In this document: positions 1-9,386 of the stretch, one piece after another
Layout: each line of letters opens with the position of its first letter
Numbering within the stretch: position 1 is the first letter of the stretch
DNA from: a bacterium
GTDB taxonomy: Bacteria; Patescibacteriota; Minisyncoccia; Phycocordibacterales; UBA6065
NCBI GenBank assembly: GCA_030680695.1
Contig: JAUXUT010000149.1
Coordinates: 167,801 to 231,800, forward strand
DNA: 64,000 bases
Direction of reading: 5' to 3'
Translations under genes and position numbers: made by a program
Notes under the pieces: model-generated
What the model was told of the DNA's origin: nothing
Seen by the model: the letters and a program-made list of their open reading frames with translations, nothing else
Database searches by the model: none

Positions 1-462
1 CTTCGTGACCAAGGCGTGCCATACCAGCCAGAGGTCGGACAATCCGCAGACAGTGCCGTCACTTATGTATTGGAATTTCCGGTCAAGGCACCTGAAGATT
101 CCATGTATAAAGACGACCTATCCGCAATTCAACTGCTCGAATTCTGGAAGACGGTAAAGATTAATTTCACTGAACACAATCCATCGGTCACTATTTCGGT
201 CGGCGAAGACGAATGGATCGAAGTCGGAAACTGGGTGTATAGAAATTGGGATATCGTCGGAGGTCTTTCATTCCTGCCACGCGACAACCATGTATATCAG
301 CTAGCACCTTATGAAGAGATATCCCGGGAACGATACGAAGAACTATCTCGCGCACTCGACCACATAGACTATTCAAAAATTATGGGCTACGAGAAGTCAG
401 ACGAGATCGACGTAAAAAAAGAACTCGCCTGCATGGGTAACGTTTGCGAGATAGCTCTCTAA
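1..462 (+). CDS. Adenosylcobalamin-dependent ribonucleotide reductase, monomeric RTPR/NrdJ type. This is a C-terminal fragment; the 5' end lies outside the window.
   Basis: The reading frame is open from base 1. The product ends in ...ELACMGNVCEIAL, a C-x4-C pair near the C-terminus like the redox cysteines of L. leichmannii-type class II RNR. It sits immediately upstream of a corrinoid adenosyltransferase gene. Confidence 0.5.
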   Translation, partial: LRDQGVPYQPEVGQSADSAVTYVLEFPVKAPEDSMYKDDLSAIQLLEFWKTVKINFTEHNPSVTISVGEDEWIEVGNWVYRNWDIVGGLSFLPRDNHVYQLAPYEEISRERYEELSRALDHIDYSKIMGYEKSDEIDVKKELACMGNVCEIAL

Positions 463-474
463 AAATATACCGCC

Positions 475-996
475 ATGATCATCATCTTTACAGGAAACGG
501 CAAAGGTAAGACCACGGCGGCAATAGGGCAGGCAGTTCGTGCTGTGGGCAACGGCAGTTGCGTTCTTATGGTGCAACTTATAAAAGGGCCATGGAAGTCA
601 GGTGAAGATAATTCAGTCAAGATATTTGGATCGAGTTTTAAGATCGAGAAGATGGGTAAAGGTTTTGTAAGACCAGACAGCGACGGGCCATCAATCGCTC
701 TGCATGCGAAAGCGGCAAGAAAGGCTCTTGATTTCTCAATAGGCGAACTAGAGAAAGGCACGTGGAAGATACTCATCCTCGACGAAGTTTGGGTGGCTTT
801 GTCACTCAGGCTTCTTACTGAGAAAGAAGTGAAAACGTTTATTGAACAGGCTGAAAAGCACTGTGACCATCTCATCATGACAGGCCGTGGTTGCCCTCAG
901 GTTTTCATGGACAGGGCCGACCTCGTCACCGAGATGAAGGAAGTGAAACATCCATTCTCGAAGGGCGTCCAGGCAGCGAAATGTGTGGAATATTAA
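475..996 (+). CDS. cobO: Cob(I)yrinic acid a,c-diamide / corrinoid adenosyltransferase (CobO/BtuR family).
   Basis: N-terminal IIIFTGNGKGKTTAAIGQAVRAVG P-loop, then QLIKGPW..GE and MTGRGCP..ADLVTEMKEVKHPF, all collinear with BtuR/CobA. Confidence 0.85.
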   Translation: MIIIFTGNGKGKTTAAIGQAVRAVGNGSCVLMVQLIKGPWKSGEDNSVKIFGSSFKIEKMGKGFVRPDSDGPSIALHAKAARKALDFSIGELEKGTWKILILDEVWVALSLRLLTEKEVKTFIEQAEKHCDHLIMTGRGCPQVFMDRADLVTEMKEVKHPFSKGVQAAKCVEY

Positions 997-1946
997 AGAG
1001 CCAGCGATAGATGATCGATGATTTTTCCTGCGGCTGCGACAGCCATCTGGTCTCTGATACTCTGGCGAGCCGATGCGATGTGAGGCGTCAGGATGACGTT
1101 AGATAGTTTGGAGAGGCCGCGGGCAAGGCGTGGTTCGTGTTCGAACACGTCGAGGCCGGCACCAGCAATGACACCGTCTTTCAACGCTTGAACAAGCGCA
1201 TCTTCGTCGACGACTGGCCCGCGGGAGGTATTTATAAGAAAGGCACTGCGTTTCATTAAATGCAAACGATTTGCATTTAGAAGATGATGGGTCGATTCTA
1301 GAAGTGGAACGTGCAGGCTCACGAAATCAGATTCGGCGAGCAGATCATCAATGTTTTCAAAGCGGACAGCCCCAAGAGATGACTCGATTTCTTCGTTCGG
1401 TTTGGCATCGAAATATATTATGCGAGCACCGAATCCGTGTTTCATAATGCGCGCCGTGTGCGATCCAATACTACCAGTACCGACGATACCAACAACTTTA
1501 CCTGAAAGGTCTGTGCCGATGAGGTTCATAGGGTCCCAGCCTATGTACTTTCCCTTACGCATGAACGCATCTGCCTCGACCATGCGCGTGGTGAGTCCGA
1601 GCATCAAAGCAACAGCGTGTTCGGCCACAGCTTGGCTTGAAACGTTCGGAGTGTTGGTCACAGTTATACCGCGTTTTGTAGCCTCGACGATATCAATGTT
1701 GTCCATTCCTGCGGCATAGTTTGCATAAATCTTGACCGATGGAGCTGCATCAAATATTTCCGCATCAATCGTGTCGGTAAGGAGGCAAAGCACCGCGTCG
1801 TATGGCTTACTGCGGAGCTCACGGATGAGTTCTCGGCGAGACGGTGCCCTTTTTTTAGACCAAACATCAACTTCGAAACCTTTGCCGCGGAGTATGTCTA
1901 ATCCTACGGCTGGTATATTTCTGGTGACAAAGACTTTCTTGTTCAT
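993..1946 (-). CDS. D-isomer-specific 2-hydroxyacid dehydrogenase (glyoxylate/hydroxypyruvate reductase-like).
   Basis: NAD-binding GIVGTGSIGSHTA motif, and the catalytic-domain HVPLLESTHHLLN...NTSRGPVVDE...LDVFEHEP signature. Confidence 0.85.
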   Translation of the reverse strand: MNKKVFVTRNIPAVGLDILRGKGFEVDVWSKKRAPSRRELIRELRSKPYDAVLCLLTDTIDAEIFDAAPSVKIYANYAAGMDNIDIVEATKRGITVTNTPNVSSQAVAEHAVALMLGLTTRMVEADAFMRKGKYIGWDPMNLIGTDLSGKVVGIVGTGSIGSHTARIMKHGFGARIIYFDAKPNEEIESSLGAVRFENIDDLLAESDFVSLHVPLLESTHHLLNANRLHLMKRSAFLINTSRGPVVDEDALVQALKDGVIAGAGLDVFEHEPRLARGLSKLSNVILTPHIASARQSIRDQMAVAAAGKIIDHLSLAL

Positions 1947-1956
1947 GATGTTACGG

Positions 1957-2613
1957 TTATGCGTTAACTTTCGATTTTACGGATACTGTTTTCTTGTCGA
2001 GCATGAGGCCGGAATTGTCGAGGCGGTATATACGCATTTCACCGAAAGGCATTTCGACATCTTTGATTCCCTCATCAGATATGCTCTCAATATGTTTTAT
2101 GAGAGCTCGGCAAGAATTACCATGGGCAACAACGAGGACGCTTTCGCCTTTTTGAAGGGCAGGCAAGACGTGTTCGAGGAAATACGGGAGTGAGCGAGCG
2201 GACACGTCCTTTAGTGTTTCACCATTCGGGACCGGATAGTCCCATTCGCGGCGCAAACGTTCCCAGTTCTCCGTACCAAGAAGCTTTTGCATCTCCCATT
2301 TGTCCTTGCCAGTATAGTCGCCGTAGTCTCGTTCATTGAGTGTAGATGCGTGTTCTGTAGGCACATCATAAAAGCCCAAAGTGTTGAGCATGCACGATAG
2401 TGTTTCAATTGATCGCACCTGCATCGATGCAAAGGCACGGTCTACGCGGTTATTCCATGAGTCTGGCGCATCTTTCAACATTTGACCCATTTCGTTTGAT
2501 TTCTCGAAACCGTATTCTGTGAGATGGCGGTCTCTCTTCCCAGTCCAAAGACCGAGCTTGTTCCATTCCGACTCGTGGTGCCGGGCTAGTATGAGGACGC
2601 CTTGCTCTTTCAT
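1957..2613 (-). CDS. gpmA: 2,3-bisphosphoglycerate-dependent phosphoglycerate mutase.
   Basis: LILARHHESEWNKLGLWTGKRD (RHGE-type catalytic His motif) and a C-terminal VVAHGNSCRAL motif. Confidence 0.85.
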   Translation of the reverse strand: MKEQGVLILARHHESEWNKLGLWTGKRDRHLTEYGFEKSNEMGQMLKDAPDSWNNRVDRAFASMQVRSIETLSCMLNTLGFYDVPTEHASTLNERDYGDYTGKDKWEMQKLLGTENWERLRREWDYPVPNGETLKDVSARSLPYFLEHVLPALQKGESVLVVAHGNSCRALIKHIESISDEGIKDVEMPFGEMRIYRLDNSGLMLDKKTVSVKSKVNA

Positions 2614-2621
2614 ATCTGGTT

Positions 2622-3134
2622 TTATTCTACGCCGAGGAGTTGCACCTGGAAGATGAGGGTCGAGCCCGCAGGAATCGAGCCGATGGCGCGGTCTCCGTAG
2701 GCGAGGTTGGCTGGAATGACGAGGCGTCGCACACCGCCCACCTTCATGCCTTCGACACCGAGGTCCCAGCCTCGGATAACCTGACCTGCCCCAAGGGCGA
2801 AAGTAAACGGCTGGCCGCGATCGAGAGAACTATCGAATTTCTCGCCGTTGGTCAGTATGCCTACGTAATGAACAGTCACGGCATTTCCTGATGATGCGAC
2901 AGTGCCGGTGCCTACAGTTTCGTCGTATATTTCAAGTCCTGGGATAGTGGAAATGTTATTCATAGTTTGCTGGTTAGCGGAAGGCTGTATTGAATTTGAC
3001 GACTGATTAGTTGGGCCGATTGGTCCGGTTCCTCTGGCGAAGTAATTCCAGATGGAGTTTCCATAAAAGAGGGTAATCGCCACAACGACGCCTACTGCAG
3101 CCGCTATCCATTCGCGCGTTCCGAATTTTCTCAT
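2622..3134 (-). CDS. FKBP-type peptidyl-prolyl cis-trans isomerase with an N-terminal membrane anchor.
   Basis: VTVHYVGILTNGEKFDSSLDRGQPFTFALGAGQVIRGWDLGVEGMKVGGVRRLVIP is a classic FKBP domain. There is an N-terminal hydrophobic segment. Confidence 0.8.
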   Translation of the reverse strand: MRKFGTREWIAAAVGVVVAITLFYGNSIWNYFARGTGPIGPTNQSSNSIQPSANQQTMNNISTIPGLEIYDETVGTGTVASSGNAVTVHYVGILTNGEKFDSSLDRGQPFTFALGAGQVIRGWDLGVEGMKVGGVRRLVIPANLAYGDRAIGSIPAGSTLIFQVQLLGVE

Positions 3135-3184
3135 AAGATTTCTCTTAGCTAATACCCATACATTGTACTATAATATCTCCCATC

Positions 3185-3916
3185 ATGCTCAAAAGAATTT
3201 GGAAAAAGGTGTCTGGGAACTACAAAGGCAATAGTGATATGTCTGATACTCATATTCATGTCGATCAGATGGCCGCCAAAAAGTTCAAGGATGGTATGCG
3301 CCGCCGCATGGCCACCATCAACAGCGAGTTCCGTCACACTTTCAAGTTTCTTGAGCACTATCCAAAGTCGGTGACGTTTTTCGGTTCAGCACGGTTCCTT
3401 GAGGATCATCCCGATTATGTAAGGGCACGCAATCTTGCGAAAAAAGTCGTGAACGAAACGGGGTATACGGTTATTACGGGTGGAGGTCCCGGTATTATGG
3501 AAGCAGGTAATCGTGGCGCATACGAGGCTGGTGGAAAATCCATCGGCATGAATATTGTCCTTCCGCACGAGCAAAAGGTGAATGAATATCTCACTGCCAA
3601 CATTCGTTTTTATTATTTCTTCATACGCAAGGTCGCACTTTCGTTCTCGGCCGAGGTGTATGTCTTCTTTCCTGGCGGCTATGGCACTCTCGATGAGTTT
3701 TATGAGATGCTCACCCTCGTCCAAACCAAGAAAATTCCTCCAACGCCAATCATTTGCATCGGGCGCGATTTTTGGAAAAGAGTTATGGATGTAACACTTG
3801 CTATGCGTGATGAATATCAGACCATATCGCCTGGCGATGAACGTCTCTTTAATATTGTTGATACCGACGAGGAGGTGATTGAAATTATCAAGAAAACACC
3901 GATCAAGAAGTTATAG
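3185..3916 (+). CDS. LOG family protein (cytokinin riboside 5'-monophosphate phosphoribohydrolase-like, TIGR00730 Rossmann protein).
   Basis: GGGPGIMEAGNRGA...MNIVLPHEQ...FFPGGYGTLDEFYEMLTLVQT signature motifs. The start may be an internal Met at 3239. Confidence 0.8.
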   Translation: MLKRIWKKVSGNYKGNSDMSDTHIHVDQMAAKKFKDGMRRRMATINSEFRHTFKFLEHYPKSVTFFGSARFLEDHPDYVRARNLAKKVVNETGYTVITGGGPGIMEAGNRGAYEAGGKSIGMNIVLPHEQKVNEYLTANIRFYYFFIRKVALSFSAEVYVFFPGGYGTLDEFYEMLTLVQTKKIPPTPIICIGRDFWKRVMDVTLAMRDEYQTISPGDERLFNIVDTDEEVIEIIKKTPIKKL

Positions 3917-3940
3917 GTTTACTGTACTGGTACAAGTCGG

Positions 3941-3980
3941 AGAAAGAAAAAGCGCGGTCCGTAAGGACCGCGCTTTGTGC
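3941..3980. terminator. Bidirectional intrinsic terminator between the convergent LOG gene and the small minus-strand ORF.
   Basis: GCGCGGTCC-GTAA-GGACCGCGC hairpin flanked by an A-tract (5') and a T-rich tract (3'). Confidence 0.55.
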
Positions 3981-3984
3981 GCCA

Positions 3985-4143
3985 TCAGAATGGCGAATTT
4001 TTATGGAGCCAGTAGGCTCCGTAGACGAGCGTGGCGAGGATGCTCAACGCGAAGAACCATGAGAAGAACACCTGGGCAGGGCTCTTTGGACGGTCTTCGG
4101 GATTGTCCTGGCCGGGCTCGAACTCATCATCGAACGTTTTCAT
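3985..4143 (-). CDS. Putative small membrane protein (52 aa), not in the ORF track.
   Basis: Minus-strand ORF MKTFDDEFEPGQDNPEDRPKSPAQVFFSWFFALSILATLVYGAYWLHKNSPF: an acidic N-terminus followed by one clear TM helix. It ends at the bidirectional terminator. No convincing SD. Confidence 0.25.
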   Translation of the reverse strand: MKTFDDEFEPGQDNPEDRPKSPAQVFFSWFFALSILATLVYGAYWLHKNSPF

Positions 4144-4204
4144 GGGAAGGGCTGATGTTCAGGATTCTCTAATAATGTTACGTCACCTGTCGCGTCTGTG
4201 CTAG

Positions 4205-5437
<1,233 letters not shown>

Positions 5438-5478
5438 TTTTTTGACAAGAAGCCGAAACTGGTTAACCTGTATATTGA

Positions 5479-5874
5479 ATGACTGCACAATCAAATAAAA
5501 GCCGCACGACGCCTCGGCGCGTGCGTACGGTTACGGTCCCGCTTATCCCCACGCTCGAGGAATTCCTTGCAGATGTGGTCCGCATGCAGCGGAAATACGC
5601 CAAGGGTCATCGCAGGACGAGGCGACCAGTGTTCACGGCTATGATCAGGGGCGGCTTCAAGAGTCCCCCAGCCTCGACGCCGCAGGCGGCGCTGGAAGAG
5701 CTGTTCCAGTCGATCCGGGAATCGTTTCCGGATCAGTTAGCAGTGAGTGGCGTCGTCATCCGAGTTGGCATCAAGGGCTGTTCGTTCGACCACTCGATCC
5801 CTTGCGCGATCGCACAATCGATTGCCGATGAAGCCGCGAAGCCTTTCGGCCTTCAGGTCAGATACGATTGTTGA
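5479..5874 (+). CDS. Hypothetical protein, Arg-rich, in a compositionally atypical segment.
   Basis: Open frame followed by a hairpin terminator. No recognisable motifs. Local GC is higher than in neighbouring genes. Confidence 0.4.
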   Translation: MTAQSNKSRTTPRRVRTVTVPLIPTLEEFLADVVRMQRKYAKGHRRTRRPVFTAMIRGGFKSPPASTPQAALEELFQSIRESFPDQLAVSGVVIRVGIKGCSFDHSIPCAIAQSIADEAAKPFGLQVRYDC

Positions 5875-5880
5875 CAACGA

Positions 5881-5927
5881 GTCCCCATCAACAGCCTACC
5901 AAGGCCGTCGATGGGGACTTTTATTTT
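5881..5927 (+). terminator. Intrinsic terminator.
   Basis: GTCCCCATC...GATGGGGAC stem followed by TTTTATTTT. Confidence 0.5.
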
Positions 5928-5942
5928 CAACTTCCATCTTCC

Positions 5943-5971
5943 TTGTGCGTCAACTTAAGGAGGGGTATAAT
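5943..5971 (+). promoter_or_regulatory. Candidate sigma-70 promoter (TTGTGC-17-TATAAT).
   Basis: ttgtgcgtcaacttaaggaggggTATAAT. It precedes a 29-codon ORF and a strong terminator at 6096-6132. Confidence 0.35.
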
Positions 5972-5980
5972 TAAGGGGTA

Positions 5981-6070
5981 ATGTCATATTTCGCACAATT
6001 TATTATTTCCATTGCCAAGCTTTGGGCCGTTAACGGTCGAAGGTTCGCTTATGGATTTGTGCGGATATAG
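5981..6070 (+). CDS. Candidate micro-ORF (29 aa, MSYFAQFIISIAKLWAVNGRRFAYGFVRI). It may instead be part of a small RNA.
   Basis: ATG lies about 10 nt after the -10 element. A GGGG run sits only 2 nt upstream, a poor SD spacing, so it could be translated leaderless. Followed by a 12-bp GC-rich hairpin terminator. Confidence 0.2.
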   Translation: MSYFAQFIISIAKLWAVNGRRFAYGFVRI

Positions 6071-6095
6071 GACACCATTCTCCTCCCGAAATCAT

Positions 6096-6132
6096 AGCCG
6101 AGCCCTCGACCAGAGGGCTCGGCTTCGTTTTA
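6096..6132 (+). terminator. Strong intrinsic terminator.
   Basis: AGCCGAGCCCTC-GACCA-GAGGGCTCGGCT followed by TCGTTTTA. Confidence 0.6.
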
Positions 6133-6190
6133 TAGCGAGGCAGTGGAATAGTTCTTCACAGTCAGCAAACATCAACCCCGATAATACATC

Positions 6191-6619
6191 ATGAATATTG
6201 ATGGAAAGTCCGACATGCCCTGCAAAGTCCTGAGAATGTTCGTTCCCGGCCTCGGCCTCGGAACTGTTTACCGGCACAAGTCCGGAAGCCAATCGCCGAA
6301 AACCATCGCTCACTACAAACAGCACGGTCGCAGTTTCTGGTTCCAACCGGATTCCGGCGGCCCGCGCGAAGAAGTTCTGGCGTTTCTGCACTGGCTCAAC
6401 GACGTGCGGCTGTATCGCAAAGACCGCTTTGATAAGTTCATGGCTATTCGACGCCGTGAACGTCATCAAGCACGAATTACAGAGCGTCGGTCGGAACGGC
6501 CAGTGCCGTCCAATGACCGGTTCCTGCGCGGATACGTGTCGCCGAAGGATTGTGTTCGACACGGCTTCGTCAAGACGAGCGTGGCCGATGTTTCTGGCGC
6601 GATCAAGGCTACGGCCTGA
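6191..6619 (+). CDS. Hypothetical protein, Arg-rich; possibly leaderless.
   Basis: ORF followed by a 16-bp hairpin terminator. A TTCACA-19-GATAAT promoter-like element ends 5 nt before the ATG and there is no SD. No recognisable domain. Confidence 0.4.
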   Translation: MNIDGKSDMPCKVLRMFVPGLGLGTVYRHKSGSQSPKTIAHYKQHGRSFWFQPDSGGPREEVLAFLHWLNDVRLYRKDRFDKFMAIRRRERHQARITERRSERPVPSNDRFLRGYVSPKDCVRHGFVKTSVADVSGAIKATA

Positions 6620-6630
6620 TTGTGCAAGCA

Positions 6631-6675
6631 GCCCCTAGCGCCCTCCGATAGGAGGGCGCTAGGGGCTTTTTCTTG
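6631..6675 (+). terminator. Strong intrinsic terminator.
   Basis: GCCCCTAGCGCCCTCC-GATA-GGAGGGCGCTAGGGGC followed by TTTTTCTTG. Confidence 0.7.
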
Positions 6676-6715
6676 TTCGGGCCGTGCGCTATAGTGGAGC
6701 CTTAACCACATCAGT

Positions 6716-8830
6716 ATGGCTTCTCCTTTCACTATATATACAGGCGGTCATACGCCAGCGGGTGACCAACCCAGGGCGATACAGGCCCTCACCAAAGGGC
6801 TGAAATCTGGCATGCGCCACCAGACCTTGTTTGGCGTGACTGGATCAGGCAAGACATTCACGGCGGCGAACGTCATCGCGGACTATGGCAAACCGACACT
6901 CGTCATCGCCCACAACAAAACTCTCGCCGCCCAGCTCGCCCAGGAATACCGCGAGTTTTTCCCGAACAACGCCGTTCATTATTTTGTCTCGTACTACGAT
7001 TACTATCAGCCCGAGGCATACATGCCGGTGACCGATACATATATCGAGAAGGAGGCGATGATCAACGCCGAAATTGAACGTCTACGCCACGCCTCGACCC
7101 AGGCTTTGCTCACAAGAAAAGACGTCATCATAGTAGCGTCGGTGTCTTGTATCTACGGTCTCGGCTCGCCAGATGAATACGAGAAGGTGAACATGAAGAT
7201 ATCGAAAGGTATGAAGGCCGATCGTGCAGAAATCATTCGCCGCCTTGTTGGTATTCATTTCGAACGCACGAATGCTGACCTCGAGCCGGGCAATTTCCGC
7301 GCCATCGGCAACACCATCGAAATCATGCCAGTCAGCGAGAAAACCATATTCAGGCTTTCTCTCGACGACGACAAAGTTTCATCAATAGACAAAATAGATG
7401 CGGTGACACGCGCCATCATCGAACCGCTCGAAGTTTTTTTCTTGTTCCCGGCCAAACATTTCATAACCGACAAGGCGCAAGTAGAAAAGGCATTCAAATC
7501 AATCAAGGCTGAGCTCGACCGTCGCCTCGAAGAATTGAAAGCAGAAGGGAAGCCGTTGGAGGCCGAGCGTCTCAAACGCCGCGTCTCGTATGACCTTGCC
7601 ATGATTCGCGAAGTTGGATACACGAACGGTATTGAAAACTACTCGCGTCATTTTTCAGGCATGGCCCCAGGCGAGCCACCAGACACGCTCCTTTCATATT
7701 TTCCTCACAAGGCCGATGGCACGCCGGACTTCCTTACCATAATCGACGAATCGCATGTTACCTTGCCTCAAATCGGCGGTATGCAGGCGGGCGATGCTTC
7801 GCGCAAGAAAACCTTGATCGAACACGGTTTCCGCTTGCCTTCGGCCGCGGACAACAGACCGCTCAAATTCGACGAGTTTGAAGAACGTGTGGGCCAGTGC
7901 ATATACACCTCGGCCACGCCTGGCACATTTGAAAAAGAACATTGCACACCCGAGGCAGGCGGCCAGATTGTCGAGCAAGTTATCCGTCCGACCGGTCTCA
8001 TTGACCCAATCATCACCATCAAGCCCGTTGTTGAACGCGCGGATTTTGAAGGCCGTCCGTTCAAAGGCCAGATTGCCGATTCCATAGCAGAGGCAGAAAA
8101 AACCGTGAAGGCCGGTTTCCGCGTTATTCTCACGACGCTTACCAAAAAAATGGCCGAGGACCTCACCGACTATTTGAAAGATAAAGGCATCAAGTCTGAA
8201 TATTTGCACAGCGATATCAAGACCATTGACCGCATCACCATTTTGACTGAATTCCGAAAGGGAACGTTTGACGTGCTCGTCGGTGTGAACTTGTTGCGAG
8301 AAGGCCTCGACTTACCTGAAGTCGCCCTCATCTGCATCCTCGATGCCGACAAGGAAGGATTCTTGCGATCTGAAACTTCTCTCATTCAGATAATTGGACG
8401 AGCAGCCCGCAACGTCGAAGGTCGAGTCATCATATATGCCGACACGGTTACAGGTTCGATCGAAAGGGCAGTGAAGGAAACCGACCGCCGTCGCGCTATC
8501 CAGGTCGCATACAACAAGGAACACGGCATCACGCCAAAAACTATCATCAAGGCGATCAAAGATATCACCGATCAACTCCAGACCGAGCACAAGAAGGCCG
8601 TCGCAACAGAGCTTGCCATAGACCAAGCATTGTTCGAGAAAGACCCCAAGAAACTCATCAGGCAAAAAGAGCAAGCGATGGAAGAGGCTGTGAAGGTCCT
8701 CAACTTTGAAACCGCCGCCATATTGCGCGACGAGATATTGCAATTGCGCGAGAAGCTCGAAGAGCTCACCTCCGCGTCGAAAAAACCGGCCAAAGAAAGC
8801 CCTCGCAAGAAGAGGTCGGCCAAAGACTAG
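6716..8830 (+). CDS. uvrB: Excinuclease ABC subunit B.
   Basis: LFGVTGSGKTFT Walker A, helicase motifs, and a C-terminal UVR coiled-coil (ETAAILRDEILQLRE). Confidence 0.95.
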   Translation: MASPFTIYTGGHTPAGDQPRAIQALTKGLKSGMRHQTLFGVTGSGKTFTAANVIADYGKPTLVIAHNKTLAAQLAQEYREFFPNNAVHYFVSYYDYYQPEAYMPVTDTYIEKEAMINAEIERLRHASTQALLTRKDVIIVASVSCIYGLGSPDEYEKVNMKISKGMKADRAEIIRRLVGIHFERTNADLEPGNFRAIGNTIEIMPVSEKTIFRLSLDDDKVSSIDKIDAVTRAIIEPLEVFFLFPAKHFITDKAQVEKAFKSIKAELDRRLEELKAEGKPLEAERLKRRVSYDLAMIREVGYTNGIENYSRHFSGMAPGEPPDTLLSYFPHKADGTPDFLTIIDESHVTLPQIGGMQAGDASRKKTLIEHGFRLPSAADNRPLKFDEFEERVGQCIYTSATPGTFEKEHCTPEAGGQIVEQVIRPTGLIDPIITIKPVVERADFEGRPFKGQIADSIAEAEKTVKAGFRVILTTLTKKMAEDLTDYLKDKGIKSEYLHSDIKTIDRITILTEFRKGTFDVLVGVNLLREGLDLPEVALICILDADKEGFLRSETSLIQIIGRAARNVEGRVIIYADTVTGSIERAVKETDRRRAIQVAYNKEHGITPKTIIKAIKDITDQLQTEHKKAVATELAIDQALFEKDPKKLIRQKEQAMEEAVKVLNFETAAILRDEILQLREKLEELTSASKKPAKESPRKKRSAKD

Positions 8831-8833
8831 CTA

Positions 8834-8862
8834 TTGACAATTACACCGTAAAGGTGTATAAT
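8834..8862 (+). promoter_or_regulatory. Near-consensus sigma-70 promoter (TTGACA-17-TATAAT).
   Basis: ctaTTGACAattacaccgtaaaggtgTATAAT. The -10 overlaps the ATG that the ORF track places at 8861, so that ATG is rejected as the start. Confidence 0.6.
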
Positions 8863-8941
8863 GGATAAAGAGTACGTTGAGGTTGAAAAGAGGGGCGTAA
8901 CAAAGCCATTTCTCTCTTTTCACCCTCAACCCACCAGTTCT

Positions 8942-9331
8942 ATGAAAATCAAGTGTATCGTCGGACTCATCATCGCGGCCTTGTTCGCATTCATTTCTAA
9001 CGTCGCCAACGCCGAAAATGCCACGACCGACAGGTTCGAACCCGGATTCGCGGCCAAGGCCCAGTGCTACATGAAGGTCAACGTCGCAAAATCCCGCCTC
9101 GGTCACGGTTACATCGTGCCTGGCATGAAGGTCGCTGTGACGGCAAAGGAAACGGACGGCCTCTATCTGGTCTCGTGTCAGATGGAGGATGGTAGTAAGC
9201 AGTTGCTCCAGGTCCCCGACGGCACCATCGTCCGGCTCACCGAGGATCAGCTCACTCTCTTGGTCACCGACCATGGGGCCGAGCTCGTCAAAGCAGTCGC
9301 CGACCTCAACCAGAGTTCCGATAAGGACTGA
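8942..9331 (+). CDS. Secreted hypothetical protein (signal peptide MKIKCIVGLIIAALFAFISNVANA).
   Basis: The in-frame Met downstream of the promoter and hairpin leader begins a typical signal peptide. Followed by a terminator. No known domain. Confidence 0.55.
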   Translation: MKIKCIVGLIIAALFAFISNVANAENATTDRFEPGFAAKAQCYMKVNVAKSRLGHGYIVPGMKVAVTAKETDGLYLVSCQMEDGSKQLLQVPDGTIVRLTEDQLTLLVTDHGAELVKAVADLNQSSDKD

Positions 9332-9351
9332 GTCCTTAGCGGACACACATT

Positions 9352-9385
9352 TCGCGCCCAAGCTTTGCTTGGGCGCTTTTTTATC
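9352..9385 (+). terminator. Intrinsic terminator.
   Basis: GCGCCCAAGC-TTTG-CTTGGGCGC followed by TTTTTTATC. Confidence 0.65.
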
Positions 9386-9386
9386 T

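Noticed and set aside
3879-4172. 97-aa plus-strand ORF rich in Arg and Ser
   Set aside because: It runs through the bidirectional terminator and the better-supported small minus-strand membrane ORF. Its composition looks like non-coding translation.
6092-6562. 156-aa minus-strand ORF overlapping the 6191-6619 gene
   Set aside because: The plus-strand ORF is followed by a strong terminator and preceded by a promoter-like element. The minus ORF would run through the 6096-6132 hairpin.
8861-8941. ATG at 8861 as the start of the 156-aa ORF
   Set aside because: It overlaps the -10 hexamer of a consensus promoter, and the segment forms a long hairpin leader. The signal-peptide Met at 8942 is the plausible start.
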